Positions 9,851 to 19,610 of a stretch of DNA of 64,000 nt are shown here, piece after piece. The translations under genes were made by a program, and so were the position numbers. The stretch comes from an uncultured delta proteobacterium (lineage in GTDB: Bacteria > Myxococcota_A > Polyangia > Palsa-1104): NCBI GenBank assembly GCA_963785725.1, contig CAWAWS010000006.1, positions 120,128 through 184,127 of the forward strand. Direction: 5' to 3'. Each line of letters starts with the position of its first letter. Positions within the stretch are counted from its first letter, which is position 1. Under the pieces are notes generated by a model, which saw nothing but the letters and a program-made list of their open reading frames with translations, was not told the origin of the DNA and did not search any database.

Positions 9851-11569
9851 ATGCCGGGTCCAACGCTCGGTCGCTATCGGCTGTCGGAGCGTCTCGCTGA
9901 GGGCGAGTCGTGGGAGCTGTGGCGCGGTGACGATGTCGGGCTCGGCGGTCTGGCACGGCCGGTCGCCGTCGAGCGGCTCGCCCCGTCGCTGACGAGCGAT
10001 CGCGCGCTGGCCCTCGAGGTGAGCCGCGCCTTCGTCGTCAGCCACCCGAACCTGGTCGCGGTGCGCGATGCCGGCGAGCTCGATGGCCGGCTGTTCGTGG
10101 CTTGGGAGTGGGTGGATGGCGCGACCCTGCAGCGGCTGATCGAGCGGCTGCAGGCGGCGCATCGGCCGTTTCCGCTGCGGTTTGCCTGCCTGGTGACGAT
10201 CGACGCCGCGCGCGGGCTCGACGAGGCCCATCGCGCGCGCGACGCGGCCGGCAAGCCGAGCGACGGCGGCGTCGGGCTCGTGCACGGCGACGTCGGCCCC
10301 GAACGGCTGTGGATTTCGCTCGCGGGCGAGGTGAAGCTGGCCGGCCTCGGTCTCGGCCGCGCACGCCTGATCGACGGCAGCCGCGGCACGCTCGCGCCCG
10401 AGCAGGCGCGCGGCGAGCCGGCGATCGACGGCCGCGCCGACGTGTTCGCGCTCGGCGCGCTCTTATACGAGCTGGCCAGCGGGCAGAATCCCTTCGGCGC
10501 GCCTCACGAAGACGCCGCTGAACGCCTCGGGCGGCTGCGCGTCGGCGCCTGTCCGTCGCTGCGAACGCTGCAGCCGGCGTTGCCGCAGGGCTTGGAGGCG
10601 ATCGTCGCCCGCGCCATGGCGCCGTCGCCCGACGATCGCTATCCCTCGTGCGGGCAGCTGCGCGAAGACTTGGAGGCGCTGGCTCGTCGCGAGGGCTATG
10701 CGTTGGCGCAGGCGGATTTCGCGCTCTTCGTCCGCGAGCTGATGGCGACGCCGGCGGAAGCGGCGGCCCCGGCCAAGCGGCTGTCGGGCTCGCGCGCCGT
10801 GGCGACGCCGCGCGCCTTCAATGCCGCGCTCGGCGGCGCGCTGGCGCTGCTCGACGGCGGCGATGACGCGGATGAAGCAAACGGCGGCGCACCTCGTATC
10901 AACGGCGATGCTGCGGGTGCCGCCACCGCCGGGCCGACGACCGCGCCGCCGCCGCGAACGCTGGCGATGCCGAAGCTGCACGCCGCGATCGCCCCGCCGA
11001 CTCCCGCGATCGAGCCGCCGCGCGCGTCGCCGAATTCGGACATGACGGAGCTGATCCCGCGCGATGGCGGCTTCGGCGCGTTGTGGATGTCGCTCGGCGC
11101 CGTCGCCTTGACGCTCGTGGGCGGCGTGGCGCTGCTGGTTTTACGGCCGTTTCGTTCGAACGACGCGTGGTCGCAGCGCGCGCCCGTCGCCGCGCAGCCG
11201 CCGGTCGCACGGAAGCCGAGCGCGCCGGTCGCGGCGCCGCCGAGCGCGTCCGCGCCGCAGTCGGCCGCGCCAACGCCGCAGTCGGCTGCGCCGGCGCCGC
11301 CGCCGCCGCAGGTCGTCGAGCGCGAGCATCATGCGCGCGCGGCGCGGCCCGCCGGCGCGCACCTGACGATCACGGCCGATGTCGCCGCCGACGCCTTTGT
11401 CGACGGCAATTACGTGCGGCCGACGCCGATCGTCGACCTCGAGCTGCCGCCGGGGCGCCATGTCGTGCGCGTGGAGTCGACGGCGCCGGGGCTGCGGCTG
11501 ATTCCGCGGCAAGAGACGGTCGAGCTGCATCCGGGCGAGCTGAGAGAGCTACAAATGGTGCTGCAATGA
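9851..11569 (+). CDS. Ser/Thr-protein-kinase-like pseudokinase with TM segment and PEGA-like C-terminal domain
   Basis: The kinase fold is recognisable (LAPE, DVFALGALLYEL, DDRYPS). The catalytic motifs are degenerate: VAIK is VAVER, HRDLKPEN is HGDVGPER, DFG is GLG, and the Gly-loop is EGESWEL. A TM helix (ALWMSLGAVALTLVGGVALLVL) and a PEGA-like end (LTITADV...FVDGNYVRPTP...LPPGRHVVRVES) follow. Confidence 0.8.
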   Translation: MPGPTLGRYRLSERLAEGESWELWRGDDVGLGGLARPVAVERLAPSLTSDRALALEVSRAFVVSHPNLVAVRDAGELDGRLFVAWEWVDGATLQRLIERLQAAHRPFPLRFACLVTIDAARGLDEAHRARDAAGKPSDGGVGLVHGDVGPERLWISLAGEVKLAGLGLGRARLIDGSRGTLAPEQARGEPAIDGRADVFALGALLYELASGQNPFGAPHEDAAERLGRLRVGACPSLRTLQPALPQGLEAIVARAMAPSPDDRYPSCGQLREDLEALARREGYALAQADFALFVRELMATPAEAAAPAKRLSGSRAVATPRAFNAALGGALALLDGGDDADEANGGAPRINGDAAGAATAGPTTAPPPRTLAMPKLHAAIAPPTPAIEPPRASPNSDMTELIPRDGGFGALWMSLGAVALTLVGGVALLVLRPFRSNDAWSQRAPVAAQPPVARKPSAPVAAPPSASAPQSAAPTPQSAAPAPPPPQVVEREHHARAARPAGAHLTITADVAADAFVDGNYVRPTPIVDLELPPGRHVVRVESTAPGLRLIPRQETVELHPGELRELQMVLQ

Positions 11570-12972
11570 GCTCCGAGAACGAGGGCAACGCACGAGACCC
11601 GAAGACGCGGGCGCTGTCGGCGAGCGATCGGCCGCTCGTGCGCCATGCCGAGCGCTTTCGGCTGACGGTGACGGCCGGCGGCGGCGTGCGCGTGGGCGAG
11701 ACCATCGAAGCGGCGGGAAATATCCTGCGCGTCGGGTCGAAAGAGGGCAATTCGCTGCGCCTCGCCAACGAAACGGTGTCGCGTTACCACTTCGAGATCG
11801 AGCCGACGCCGCTCGGCTTCGTGCTGCGCGACTTGGGCTCGACCAACGGCACCTTCGTGGACGGCTACCGCGTGCGCGAGATCTACCTGCCGCAAGGGCG
11901 GACGGCGCAGCTCAAGGCGGGCGAGGTGGCGCTCAGCTTCGAGGCGCTCGGCGAAGCGGTGCCGATCGCGCTGTCGGGCGAAGATCGCTTCGGCGACGCG
12001 CTCGGGCGTTCGCCGGCGATGCGCGAGCTGTTCGGCGTGCTCGAGCGCGTGGCGCAAAAGGATCTGACGATCCTCGTCGAAGGCGAGAGCGGCACCGGCA
12101 AAGAGCGGCTGGCCGAGGCGATCCACCTGCGTTCGCCGCGCGCGCACAAGCGCTTCGTCGTGTTCGATTGCGCGGCGGTGCCGGCGTCGCTGATGGAGTC
12201 GGAGCTGCTCGGCCACGAGCGCGGCGCCTTCACCGGCGCCGACAGCCGGCGCATCGGCCGCTTCGAGGAGGCGCAAGGCGGCACGCTCTTCATCGACGAG
12301 ATCGGCGAATTGCCGCTCGAGCTGCAGCCGAAGCTCTTGCGCGCCCTCGAGAAGCGGGAGATTCGCCGCATCGGCGGCTCGACGGTCATTCCGGTCGACG
12401 TGCGCGTCGTCGCGGCGACCAATCGCGACTTGGTGCGCGAGGTGAATCGCAACACCTTCCGCGAGGATCTGTATTATCGGCTGGCCGTCGTTCGCTTGCG
12501 CGTGCCGCCGTTGCGCGAGCGCGAAGGCGACGTGCCGCTGCTCGTCGAGCACTTCGTGAAGGAGGCGCTCGACGGCGACGAAGCGGCGACGCGCGAGGCG
12601 CTGGCCAGCATCACCGACGAGAATTGGCGGCGTTTGGCGTCGCATCCGTGGCCGGGCAATGTCCGCGAGCTGCGCAACTTCATCGAGCGCACGCTGGCGT
12701 TGACCGGTGGCGTCGACGCCAATGACGCGCCCGTCTCGGCGCGCGCGACCGCGGCCGGCGACGTGCCCGCCGGCCGCGACGCCGCGCTCGATCTGTCGCG
12801 GCCGTTCATCGAGGCGCGCCAGGAGCTGCTGGCGGCGTTCGAGAAGAGCTACTTGGAGGCGCAGCTGTCGCGGCACGGCGGCAACATTTCGCGGGCGGCG
12901 CGCGCGGCGGGGCTCGATCGCATGCACTTCAAGCGGCTGCTCGCGCGCCATCAGCCGCCCGAGCCGAGCTGA
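11566..12972 (+). CDS. FHA-domain sigma54-dependent transcriptional activator
   Basis: ORF 11083..12972 trimmed to ATG 11566, which overlaps the pseudokinase stop (ATGA). It has an FHA domain (RVGSKEGNSLRLANETVSRYHFEI...LRDLGSTNGTFVDG), an AAA+ core (GESGTGKE, GAFTGA, RVVAATNRDL) and a C-terminal HTH. Confidence 0.9.
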   Translation: MSSENEGNARDPKTRALSASDRPLVRHAERFRLTVTAGGGVRVGETIEAAGNILRVGSKEGNSLRLANETVSRYHFEIEPTPLGFVLRDLGSTNGTFVDGYRVREIYLPQGRTAQLKAGEVALSFEALGEAVPIALSGEDRFGDALGRSPAMRELFGVLERVAQKDLTILVEGESGTGKERLAEAIHLRSPRAHKRFVVFDCAAVPASLMESELLGHERGAFTGADSRRIGRFEEAQGGTLFIDEIGELPLELQPKLLRALEKREIRRIGGSTVIPVDVRVVAATNRDLVREVNRNTFREDLYYRLAVVRLRVPPLREREGDVPLLVEHFVKEALDGDEAATREALASITDENWRRLASHPWPGNVRELRNFIERTLALTGGVDANDAPVSARATAAGDVPAGRDAALDLSRPFIEARQELLAAFEKSYLEAQLSRHGGNISRAARAAGLDRMHFKRLLARHQPPEPS

Positions 12973-13013
12973 CCAAAGCTGACAGGCTGCGACTTCGCGC
13001 TTATTCTCCGCCC

Positions 13014-14402
13014 GTGCCGCGTCTCGACAGTCGCTTCGCCGATGATTCTACCGCCGTCTTCGCGCGTGCTGCGCTGCTGGTCGCGGCGGCGGCGGCGCTG
13101 GCCGTGTCCGCGCTCGGCTGCCCGCCGGCGGCGACCTTGCCCGCCGGCTGCAGCAAAGACGTCGACTGCAAGGGCGCGCGCATCTGCGTCGCGCACGCCT
13201 GCGTCGATCCGCCGGCCCCGCCGAAAGCGGTCGACCTCGGTGCCGTCGACGGTGGCGCCATCGCTGATGGTGGCGCGGCCGATCTATTGGCGGCCCTAGG
13301 CGATGGCGGTGCCGTCGCGCCGCCGCCGCCGCTCGGCGCGTCGCCGACGTTTCACGGCGACGCGCAACACAGCGGCCGCAGCCGTTTTCGCGCGCCGGTG
13401 AACGCGCCCACCGAAGTCGCGCACGTCGCCACCGGCGGCGTCGTCTTCGGCTCGCCCGCCATCACCGACGACGGCGTCGTCATCTTCGGCTCGCACGACA
13501 AGTCGATCTACGCCGTCGACAGCAGCGGCAAGATCTTGTGGCGCCGCCCGACCAACGACCTCGTGTGGAGCTCGCCCACGATCGGCCCCGGCGGCGTCGT
13601 CTACGTCGGCAGCGACGACGATCATGTGTACGCGCTCGATCTGAAGGACGGCAGTGTGCGCTGGACGTTCCAGGCCGGCCCCTGTCGCGTCAACACCGGC
13701 GTCGGCCCCGAAGGCGCGCGCTGCGACGTCGACGGCGTCAGCGTCGCCGCCGACGGCACGATCTACGCCGCCGCCGACGGCCTGTACGCGCTGTCGCCCG
13801 ACGGCAAGCTGAAGTGGAAGTTCTCGCCCGGCGTCACCCACTGCGCCGCGCCGCCCGCCATCGGCCTCGACGGCACCGTCTACATCGGCTGCCACGACGA
13901 CGCGCTCTACGCCATCGGCCCCGACGGCAAGAAGAAGTGGGACTTCCGCGCCGGCGACGACGTCGACTCGGCGCCCGCCATCGGACCGGATGGCCTCGTC
14001 TACGTCGGCAGCGACGACCACAAGCTGTATGCGCTGGCGCCCGGCGGCAGCATCCGCTGGGCCGTCACCACCGGCGGCCCCGTGCGCAGCTCGCCCGCGC
14101 TCGCCGCCGACGGCACCGTCTACGTCGGCAGCTTCGACGGCTCGCTCTACGCCGTCAAGCCGGGCGGCGTCGTCGCCTGGAGCTTCCGCTCGGCCAATCG
14201 CATCGCCTCGTCGCCGCTCGTCGACGCCGCCGGCAACATCCTCATCGGCTCCGAAGACGACCGCCTGTACGCGCTCGCGCCCGACGGCAAGCTCATGTGG
14301 AGCGTGCTGCTCGACGGTGACGTCGACTCGACGCCGGCGCTCGCCGCCGACGGCACCATCTGGGTCGGCTGCGACGATCGCGCGCTCCATTCGTTGCGTT
14401 AG
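13014..14402 (+). CDS. PQQ-like beta-propeller repeat lipoprotein
   Basis: ORF 13014..14402 with a GTG start. The lipobox is LAVSALGC. Repeated blades are GSxDxxxYAxxxxG (VYVGSDDDHVYALDLKDGSVRW, VYVGSDDHKLYALAPGGSIRW, etc.). Confidence 0.85.
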   Translation: MPRLDSRFADDSTAVFARAALLVAAAAALAVSALGCPPAATLPAGCSKDVDCKGARICVAHACVDPPAPPKAVDLGAVDGGAIADGGAADLLAALGDGGAVAPPPPLGASPTFHGDAQHSGRSRFRAPVNAPTEVAHVATGGVVFGSPAITDDGVVIFGSHDKSIYAVDSSGKILWRRPTNDLVWSSPTIGPGGVVYVGSDDDHVYALDLKDGSVRWTFQAGPCRVNTGVGPEGARCDVDGVSVAADGTIYAAADGLYALSPDGKLKWKFSPGVTHCAAPPAIGLDGTVYIGCHDDALYAIGPDGKKKWDFRAGDDVDSAPAIGPDGLVYVGSDDHKLYALAPGGSIRWAVTTGGPVRSSPALAADGTVYVGSFDGSLYAVKPGGVVAWSFRSANRIASSPLVDAAGNILIGSEDDRLYALAPDGKLMWSVLLDGDVDSTPALAADGTIWVGCDDRALHSLR

Positions 14403-14461
14403 CCCTTGCGCTGATAAGTATCCGGCCCCACGTTGTTGCCTGTATCCTTTCCCCCAAAATA

Positions 14462-16792
14462 ATGAATATCGATAAAGAGAACGTATTGAAGGCGCTTCGT
14501 GGCGCCGATTCCGAAGGTCTGCGCGCGCACGAATTGGCCGGAACCATGGGCGCCGACGTCAAAGCGCGCCACCGCTTACGCACGCTGCTGGCGACGCTCA
14601 TCGACGAGAACGCGATCGAGAAGGCGCCCGGCAACCGCTATCGCCTCGTCGGCCTCGAGAAGGTCGCGCCGCCGCCGAGCAAAGACACCGCCAAAGGTTG
14701 GATCGCCGGCTCCTTGCGCGTCCATCCGGCCGGCTACGGCTTCGTCGTGCGCGACGACGGCGAGGACGACGCCTACGTCGGCGCGCGCAACCGCGGCTCG
14801 GCGCTCGACGGCGACCGCGTCATGTTGTCGACGTGGACCGGCTACAAAGGCACCGAAGGCAAAGTCGAGAAGATCCTCGAGCGCGGCCGCGCCAAGTTGA
14901 CGGGCACGCTGCGCAAGAGCGGTCGGGCGACCTATGTCGAGCCCGACGATCCGCGCATCGCCGCCACCGGCGGCCACGTCATGCTCGACGGCGGCGCCAA
15001 CGGCGCCAAGGATGGTCAAGCGGTCGTCGTCGAGATCGTGCGCTATCCGACGCAGCCCGATGAGCCGCTCGTCGCCAAGGTCATCCACATCCTCGGCGAT
15101 CCCGAAGATCCGCGCACCGAGATCGAGAAGATCCTCATCACGGCGGATATTCCGACCGAGTTTCCCGAGGACGTGCTGCACGCCGCCGAGCGCGCGCCCG
15201 TCGAAGTGCGCGTCGAGGACAAGGTCGACCGCGTCGATCTGCGCGATCGCAACTTCATGACCATCGATCCGGAGACGGCGCGCGACTTCGACGACGCCGT
15301 CTGCGTCGAGCCGAGCCCGCGCGGTCCCGACTGGCATCGCTTGTGGGTCGCGGTCGCCGACGTCAGCCACTACGTGCGGCCAGGCTCGGCGCTCGATCGC
15401 GAGGCGCGCGTGCGCGGCTGCTCGGTCTACCTGCCCGATCGCGCGATTCCCATGTTGCCGAAGCAGCTGTCGTCGGGTATCTGCTCGCTCAACCCCGAAG
15501 TCGACCGCTTGGCGATGGTCGCGCGCATGGAGGTCGACCCCAAAGGCGACGTCCACGACGAATACTTCTGCGCCGCCGTCATCAACTCGCACGCGCGGCT
15601 CGACTATCCGGGCGTGGCCGCGGCGCTGTCGGGCGATCTGCGCGGCGCGCGGGCGCGTTATCGCGAATTTCTGCCCGATCTCGAGCGCATGGCGTCGCTG
15701 GCGAAGAAGATGCGCGGCCGTCGCATCGAGCGCGGCGCGCTCGACTTCGACCTGCCGGAAGCCAAGGTCATCCTCGATCAGGACGATCCGACGCGCGTCC
15801 GTGACGTCGTGCAGTCGCGCGGCGATGCCTCGGTCAAGGGCGCCTATCAGCTCGTCGAGGACTTCATGTTGGCGGCGAACGAGGCGGTGGCGCGCCATTT
15901 CCGCCTGCGCAACCTCGACACCGTCTGGCGCATCCACGACATCCCGTCCGACGAGCGCTTGCAGGCGTTCGCGGATCTGGCGCAAGCGTTCGGCCTGAAT
16001 TTTCAGCCGGAAGATGGTCGCGTGCCGCGTAAATTGCGCGACCTCCTGAATTCGCTGAAGGGTCGTCCGATGGAGCGGCCGCTCAACTTCATGCTGTTGC
16101 GCACGCTGAAGCAGGCCGTCTACGACACGGTCAACGTGGGCCACTTCGGCTTGGCGGCGCCCGATTATTTGCACTTCACGTCGCCGATTCGCCGCTATCC
16201 CGACCTCATCGTGCATCGCCTGCTGAAGCATTCGCTGCAGTCGGACGGCCTGCCCGCGGGTGGTCCGCCGCCGGTGAAGCCGGCGCGCGAGACGCTGCAG
16301 CAGATGGCGTCCGACTCGTCGAAGTCGGAGCGGCGCGCGATGGAGGCCGAGCGCGACGTGATCGACCTGTATCGCGCCGTGCTCATGCGCGACAAAGTGG
16401 GCGAGGAGTACGACGGCACGGTGTCGGGCCTGGCCAACTTCGGCCTGTTCATTCAGATCGAGGTGCCGTTCGTCGAAGGATTGGTTCGTGTCGCGAACAT
16501 CAACGACGACCAGTACGAGGTCGACGCGGAGACGCAGCGGCTCGTCGGACGCCGCACCGGCCGCCAGTTCGCGCTCGGCGACGCCGTCAAAGTGCGCATC
16601 GAGAACGTGTCGGTGCCGCGGCGTAAGATCGATCTGGCGCTGGTGGCGCATACGGCGACGCACGCGGACGAAGTCATCGTCAAGAAGAAGAAGCCGGCGT
16701 TCGAGCCGCGCAAGCCGTTGAAGCCGTCGCCGGCGCGCGGCGGCGAGAAGCGCGAACGGCACCGCCGCGGCGCGCCCAAACGCCGCCGTTAA
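14462..16792 (+). CDS. rnr: ribonuclease R
   Basis: 776-aa ORF. It has an N-terminal winged-helix region, cold-shock-like domains, an RNB catalytic domain (FMTIDPETARDFDDAV, HFGLAAPDYLHFTSPIRRYPDLIVHR), an S1 domain and a basic tail. Confidence 0.95.
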   Translation: MNIDKENVLKALRGADSEGLRAHELAGTMGADVKARHRLRTLLATLIDENAIEKAPGNRYRLVGLEKVAPPPSKDTAKGWIAGSLRVHPAGYGFVVRDDGEDDAYVGARNRGSALDGDRVMLSTWTGYKGTEGKVEKILERGRAKLTGTLRKSGRATYVEPDDPRIAATGGHVMLDGGANGAKDGQAVVVEIVRYPTQPDEPLVAKVIHILGDPEDPRTEIEKILITADIPTEFPEDVLHAAERAPVEVRVEDKVDRVDLRDRNFMTIDPETARDFDDAVCVEPSPRGPDWHRLWVAVADVSHYVRPGSALDREARVRGCSVYLPDRAIPMLPKQLSSGICSLNPEVDRLAMVARMEVDPKGDVHDEYFCAAVINSHARLDYPGVAAALSGDLRGARARYREFLPDLERMASLAKKMRGRRIERGALDFDLPEAKVILDQDDPTRVRDVVQSRGDASVKGAYQLVEDFMLAANEAVARHFRLRNLDTVWRIHDIPSDERLQAFADLAQAFGLNFQPEDGRVPRKLRDLLNSLKGRPMERPLNFMLLRTLKQAVYDTVNVGHFGLAAPDYLHFTSPIRRYPDLIVHRLLKHSLQSDGLPAGGPPPVKPARETLQQMASDSSKSERRAMEAERDVIDLYRAVLMRDKVGEEYDGTVSGLANFGLFIQIEVPFVEGLVRVANINDDQYEVDAETQRLVGRRTGRQFALGDAVKVRIENVSVPRRKIDLALVAHTATHADEVIVKKKKPAFEPRKPLKPSPARGGEKRERHRRGAPKRRR

Positions 16793-16880
16793 TCGGCGAT
16801 CGGCGACGTCACCGGCGATTTTTCGCGCATTTGTGACGCTCACCGCGCAACTTTTCCCGCCGCGCTACGATAAGATCAGC

Positions 16881-17936
16881 ATGAACATGCAAAGCATCCG
16901 CGAGCGTCTCGAAGAGGACGAGCGACGTACGTTGTCGCCGTTCGCGCAGCTCTCGTCGCAGTCCAAAGGTCGCGCCAAGGAAGAAGCGCCCGACGGAATG
17001 CGGCCGGCTTATCAGCTCGATCGCGACCGCGTGATTCATTCGAAGGCGTTTCGGCGCCTGGCGGGCAAGACGCAGGTGTTCTTGGCGCCCGAGGGCGATC
17101 ATTACCGCACGCGCATCACGCACACGCTGGAAGTGGCGCAGTTCGCGCGCTCGGTGACGAAGTTCCTCGGGCTCAACGAGATGCTGACCGAGGCCATCGT
17201 CATGGGTCACGACCTCGGGCACACGCCGTTCGGCCACGCGGGCGAGAAGGTGCTGGCGAAGCTGATGCCGGACGGCTTTCACCACGTCAAGCAGTCGCTG
17301 CGCGTCGTCGACAAGCTGGAGCACGACGGCGCGGGGCTGAACCTGACGTCGGAAGTGCGCGACGGCATCCTCAAGCACTCCAAGGGCAAAGGCGCGATCT
17401 TCAGCGACAACCCGAACCTGACGGCGATGACGCTCGAAGGACAGATCGTGCGCATCGCCGACATCGCGGCCTACGTCAACCACGACTACGACGACGCGGC
17501 ACGCGGCGGGCTCGTCAGCGACAGCGACTTGCCCGAGGTCGTGGCCAAGGAGCTCGGCCGCACGCACGGCGCGCGCATCCACACGCTGGTCTCGGACATC
17601 GTCGAGAGCTCGAAGCTGGAAGAGAAGCGCATGATTCGCATGTCGGAGCCGCGGCTGCAGGCGCTCTATCAGCTGCGCGACTTCTTGTACGAGCGCGTGT
17701 ACGAGTCCAAAGGCGTGCGCGAAGAGTTCGCCAAGGCGCAGCGCATCCTGGAAGAGCTGTGGAACTATTTTCACGAGCACAGCGACGAGTTCCGCGAGCG
17801 CCATTGGCTGAAGGCGACGCCGGAAGCGGACGGGCTCGACCGCGCCATCGGCGACTTCTTGTGCGGCATGACCGATCGCTACGCCATGCGGCTGTATCAG
17901 GAGAAGGTGCTGCCCAAGCCGTGGACGGTCTACTGA
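16881..17936 (+). CDS. dgt: dGTP triphosphohydrolase-like HD-domain protein
   Basis: ORF 16833..17936 trimmed to ATG 16881 (MNMQSIRERLEEDERRTLSPFA). The HD motif region is RTRITHTLEVAQFARSV...GHDLGHTPFGHAGE. Confidence 0.9.
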   Translation: MNMQSIRERLEEDERRTLSPFAQLSSQSKGRAKEEAPDGMRPAYQLDRDRVIHSKAFRRLAGKTQVFLAPEGDHYRTRITHTLEVAQFARSVTKFLGLNEMLTEAIVMGHDLGHTPFGHAGEKVLAKLMPDGFHHVKQSLRVVDKLEHDGAGLNLTSEVRDGILKHSKGKGAIFSDNPNLTAMTLEGQIVRIADIAAYVNHDYDDAARGGLVSDSDLPEVVAKELGRTHGARIHTLVSDIVESSKLEEKRMIRMSEPRLQALYQLRDFLYERVYESKGVREEFAKAQRILEELWNYFHEHSDEFRERHWLKATPEADGLDRAIGDFLCGMTDRYAMRLYQEKVLPKPWTVY

Positions 17937-17989
17937 GCGCGGCTTGCCCGACTGATGGCGCGCGCTAGCTTCTCCGACGAGGAGGCCAC

Positions 17990-18247
17990 ATGAAGCGCGA
18001 GGATGTCGATCGGCACACGGCCAACCCGTCGGGCGCGCCGGAAGCGGGCGGCGCGACGACGACCGGCTCGCGCTTCGGCGGTCGCTCGCTCGTGGCGCAC
18101 GCGCTGCGGTTCCTGGCGCGCGTGGCGCGCGACCTCGAGGCGACGGCCTATCGCCGGCTGCGCGACATGGAAATACAGGCCAAACGCCGGGGCGAAGGCG
18201 GCGAGCCGGGCGCGCCCAATCGCGTCCGCGAAGTCCGCATTCACTGA
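17990..18247 (+). CDS. hypothetical small protein (85 aa)
   Basis: The ORF has GAGGAGG 6 nt upstream of the ATG and G/C-rich third codon positions like neighbouring genes. No motif was recognised. Confidence 0.45.
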   Translation: MKREDVDRHTANPSGAPEAGGATTTGSRFGGRSLVAHALRFLARVARDLEATAYRRLRDMEIQAKRRGEGGEPGAPNRVREVRIH

Positions 18248-18328
18248 CCTAAGCTCGTAGGGACAGTAAGCGTTCGCGGCGCACGGATCCGCTCGACCGA
18301 TGCGGCGGTTCGACGGTAGGCTGCCGCC

Positions 18329-19036
18329 ATGCTCGACTTGACCGGCCGCCAGAAGCTCTACATGTACCTCTGCGGCATCTTCCTCACGGCGCTGCTCATC
18401 GGCGACACCATCGGCTCCAAGCTCTTCATCCTGCCCATCCCGCTCGGCTTCACGACGCTGCACGCGACGCTCTCGGTCGGCGTCATCTGGTTCCCGATCA
18501 CGTTCCTCTTGACCGACGTCATCAACGAGTTCTACGGCTCGAAAGGCGCGCGCTTCGTCACTTATCTCGGCTTTTGGATGGCGCTCATCGCCTTCTTCAT
18601 CATCTATTGCGCGCGCAAGATCCCGGCCGCCGACTTCTCGCCCGTGCCGCAAGCGGCGTTCGACAACGTGCTCGGCAACGCCAACACGATCTTCTTCGCG
18701 TCGCTGGTGGCCTATTTGGCGGGGCAGATCGTCGACATCTCGGTCTTTCAGCTGGCCAAGCGGCTCACACAGTCGCGGCACATCTGGCTGCGCTCGACCG
18801 GCTCGACGCTCATCTCGCAGCTCATCGACACGGTGCTCGTCACGATGATCGCGTTCTCGTCGAAGCTGACGGCGGCGCAGCTGCGCCACACGCTCATCTC
18901 GCAATACCTCGTGAAGGTGCTGTTCGCGGTCGCGCTGACGCCGATCATCTACGCGTTCCATGGCGTTCTGCATCGCCGCCTGCACATGGAAGAGCACCCG
19001 GCCGACAGCGCGCGCGTGCACGAGCCGATGCTGTAG
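18329..19036 (+). CDS. yhhQ: queuosine-precursor transporter (YhhQ/VUT family)
   Basis: 235-aa polytopic membrane ORF. It carries FPITFLLTDVINEFYG and STLISQLIDTVLV, which are characteristic of the YhhQ (COG1738) family. Confidence 0.85.
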   Translation: MLDLTGRQKLYMYLCGIFLTALLIGDTIGSKLFILPIPLGFTTLHATLSVGVIWFPITFLLTDVINEFYGSKGARFVTYLGFWMALIAFFIIYCARKIPAADFSPVPQAAFDNVLGNANTIFFASLVAYLAGQIVDISVFQLAKRLTQSRHIWLRSTGSTLISQLIDTVLVTMIAFSSKLTAAQLRHTLISQYLVKVLFAVALTPIIYAFHGVLHRRLHMEEHPADSARVHEPML

Positions 19037-19095
19037 CTCGCCGGCGCCCGCGCGCTCGTCGCCGCACGCGCGTCGCTGAAGGGGCGAGCGAGCGG

Positions 19096-19407
19096 CTACT
19101 TGGCGGCGTACTTCGCGGGGTTCTTGGCGAACGTCGGCTGGCAGTCGGCGCAGCAGAAGGCGTAGCGCTTCTTGTCGTAGGTCACCTGGATGGTCGAGCC
19201 GGTGACCGTGAACTCCTCGCCGGTGACGGCGCACTTGGCCTTGGTGCCGGCGGCCAAGCGCGGCACGGTCGGGTCGTCGCCGACCACGGAAGCGGCGGCG
19301 GCGCCGGCGGCAGGCGCGGTCAGCGTGGCCGGCTGCGTCGCGGCCGACGACTTCTCACATGCACACAGAGGTAGGCCGAGCAGAATCGCGAGCGCGAGCT
19401 TCGTCAT
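19096..19407 (-). CDS. YHS-domain lipoprotein
   Basis: The signal and lipobox are LLGLPLCAC. The C-terminal CAVTGEEF...YDKKRYAFCCADCQPTFAKNPAKY matches the YHS/TRASH-type metal-binding module. Confidence 0.8.
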   Translation of the reverse strand: MTKLALAILLGLPLCACEKSSAATQPATLTAPAAGAAAASVVGDDPTVPRLAAGTKAKCAVTGEEFTVTGSTIQVTYDKKRYAFCCADCQPTFAKNPAKYAAK

Positions 19408-19538
19408 GCGGGCGAAGCGTAGCAGGCGCGCAGCCCCGCCTCAACCCGCATACCAAAGCGCCTCACGAGCCGCGTCGAATATCGCGAAACTCGATTGAAT
19501 AAAACCGAAAACAAGCGGGTTTCGCGCGTTTGTAAAGC

Positions 19539-19554
19539 TGGCATCAGCGCTGCA
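19539..19554 (+). promoter_or_regulatory. sigma54 (-24/-12) promoter candidate
   Basis: TGGCAT-CAGCG-CTGCA compares with the consensus TGGCAC-N5-TTGCW, and the GG-N10-GC spacing is exact. It lies about 57 nt upstream of ATG 19611. An 8-nt inverted repeat, CGCGAAAC (19483-19490) / GTTTCGCG (19519-19526), lies just upstream. Confidence 0.55.
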
Positions 19555-19610
19555 AATGCGTCCTCACGAAGCGCACGCAAGACGGCGCTCACAAACGATA
19601 AACCAGGAGA

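Noticed and set aside
12984-12999. Sigma54-like element (AGGCTG-CGACT-TCGC, correct GG-N10-GC spacing) between the FHA-EBP gene and the PQQ-propeller gene.
   Set aside because: Both half-sites are weak. The -12 GC lies only ~16 nt from the GTG start, which leaves essentially no leader or Shine-Dalgarno. It is kept only as a note.
18248-18331. Possible preQ1 riboswitch in front of yhhQ. A 7-bp hairpin, GCGGCGG-uucgacgguagg-CUGCCGC, abuts the start codon, and its GGUUCG resembles the 5' part of preQ1-I aptamers.
   Set aside because: The A-rich 3' tail and a convincing pseudoknot partner required for preQ1-I are absent, since the ATG follows immediately. I cannot run a covariance model. It may be just an RBS- or start-occluding hairpin. 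An Infernal scan with RF00522, RF01054 and RF02680 would settle it.
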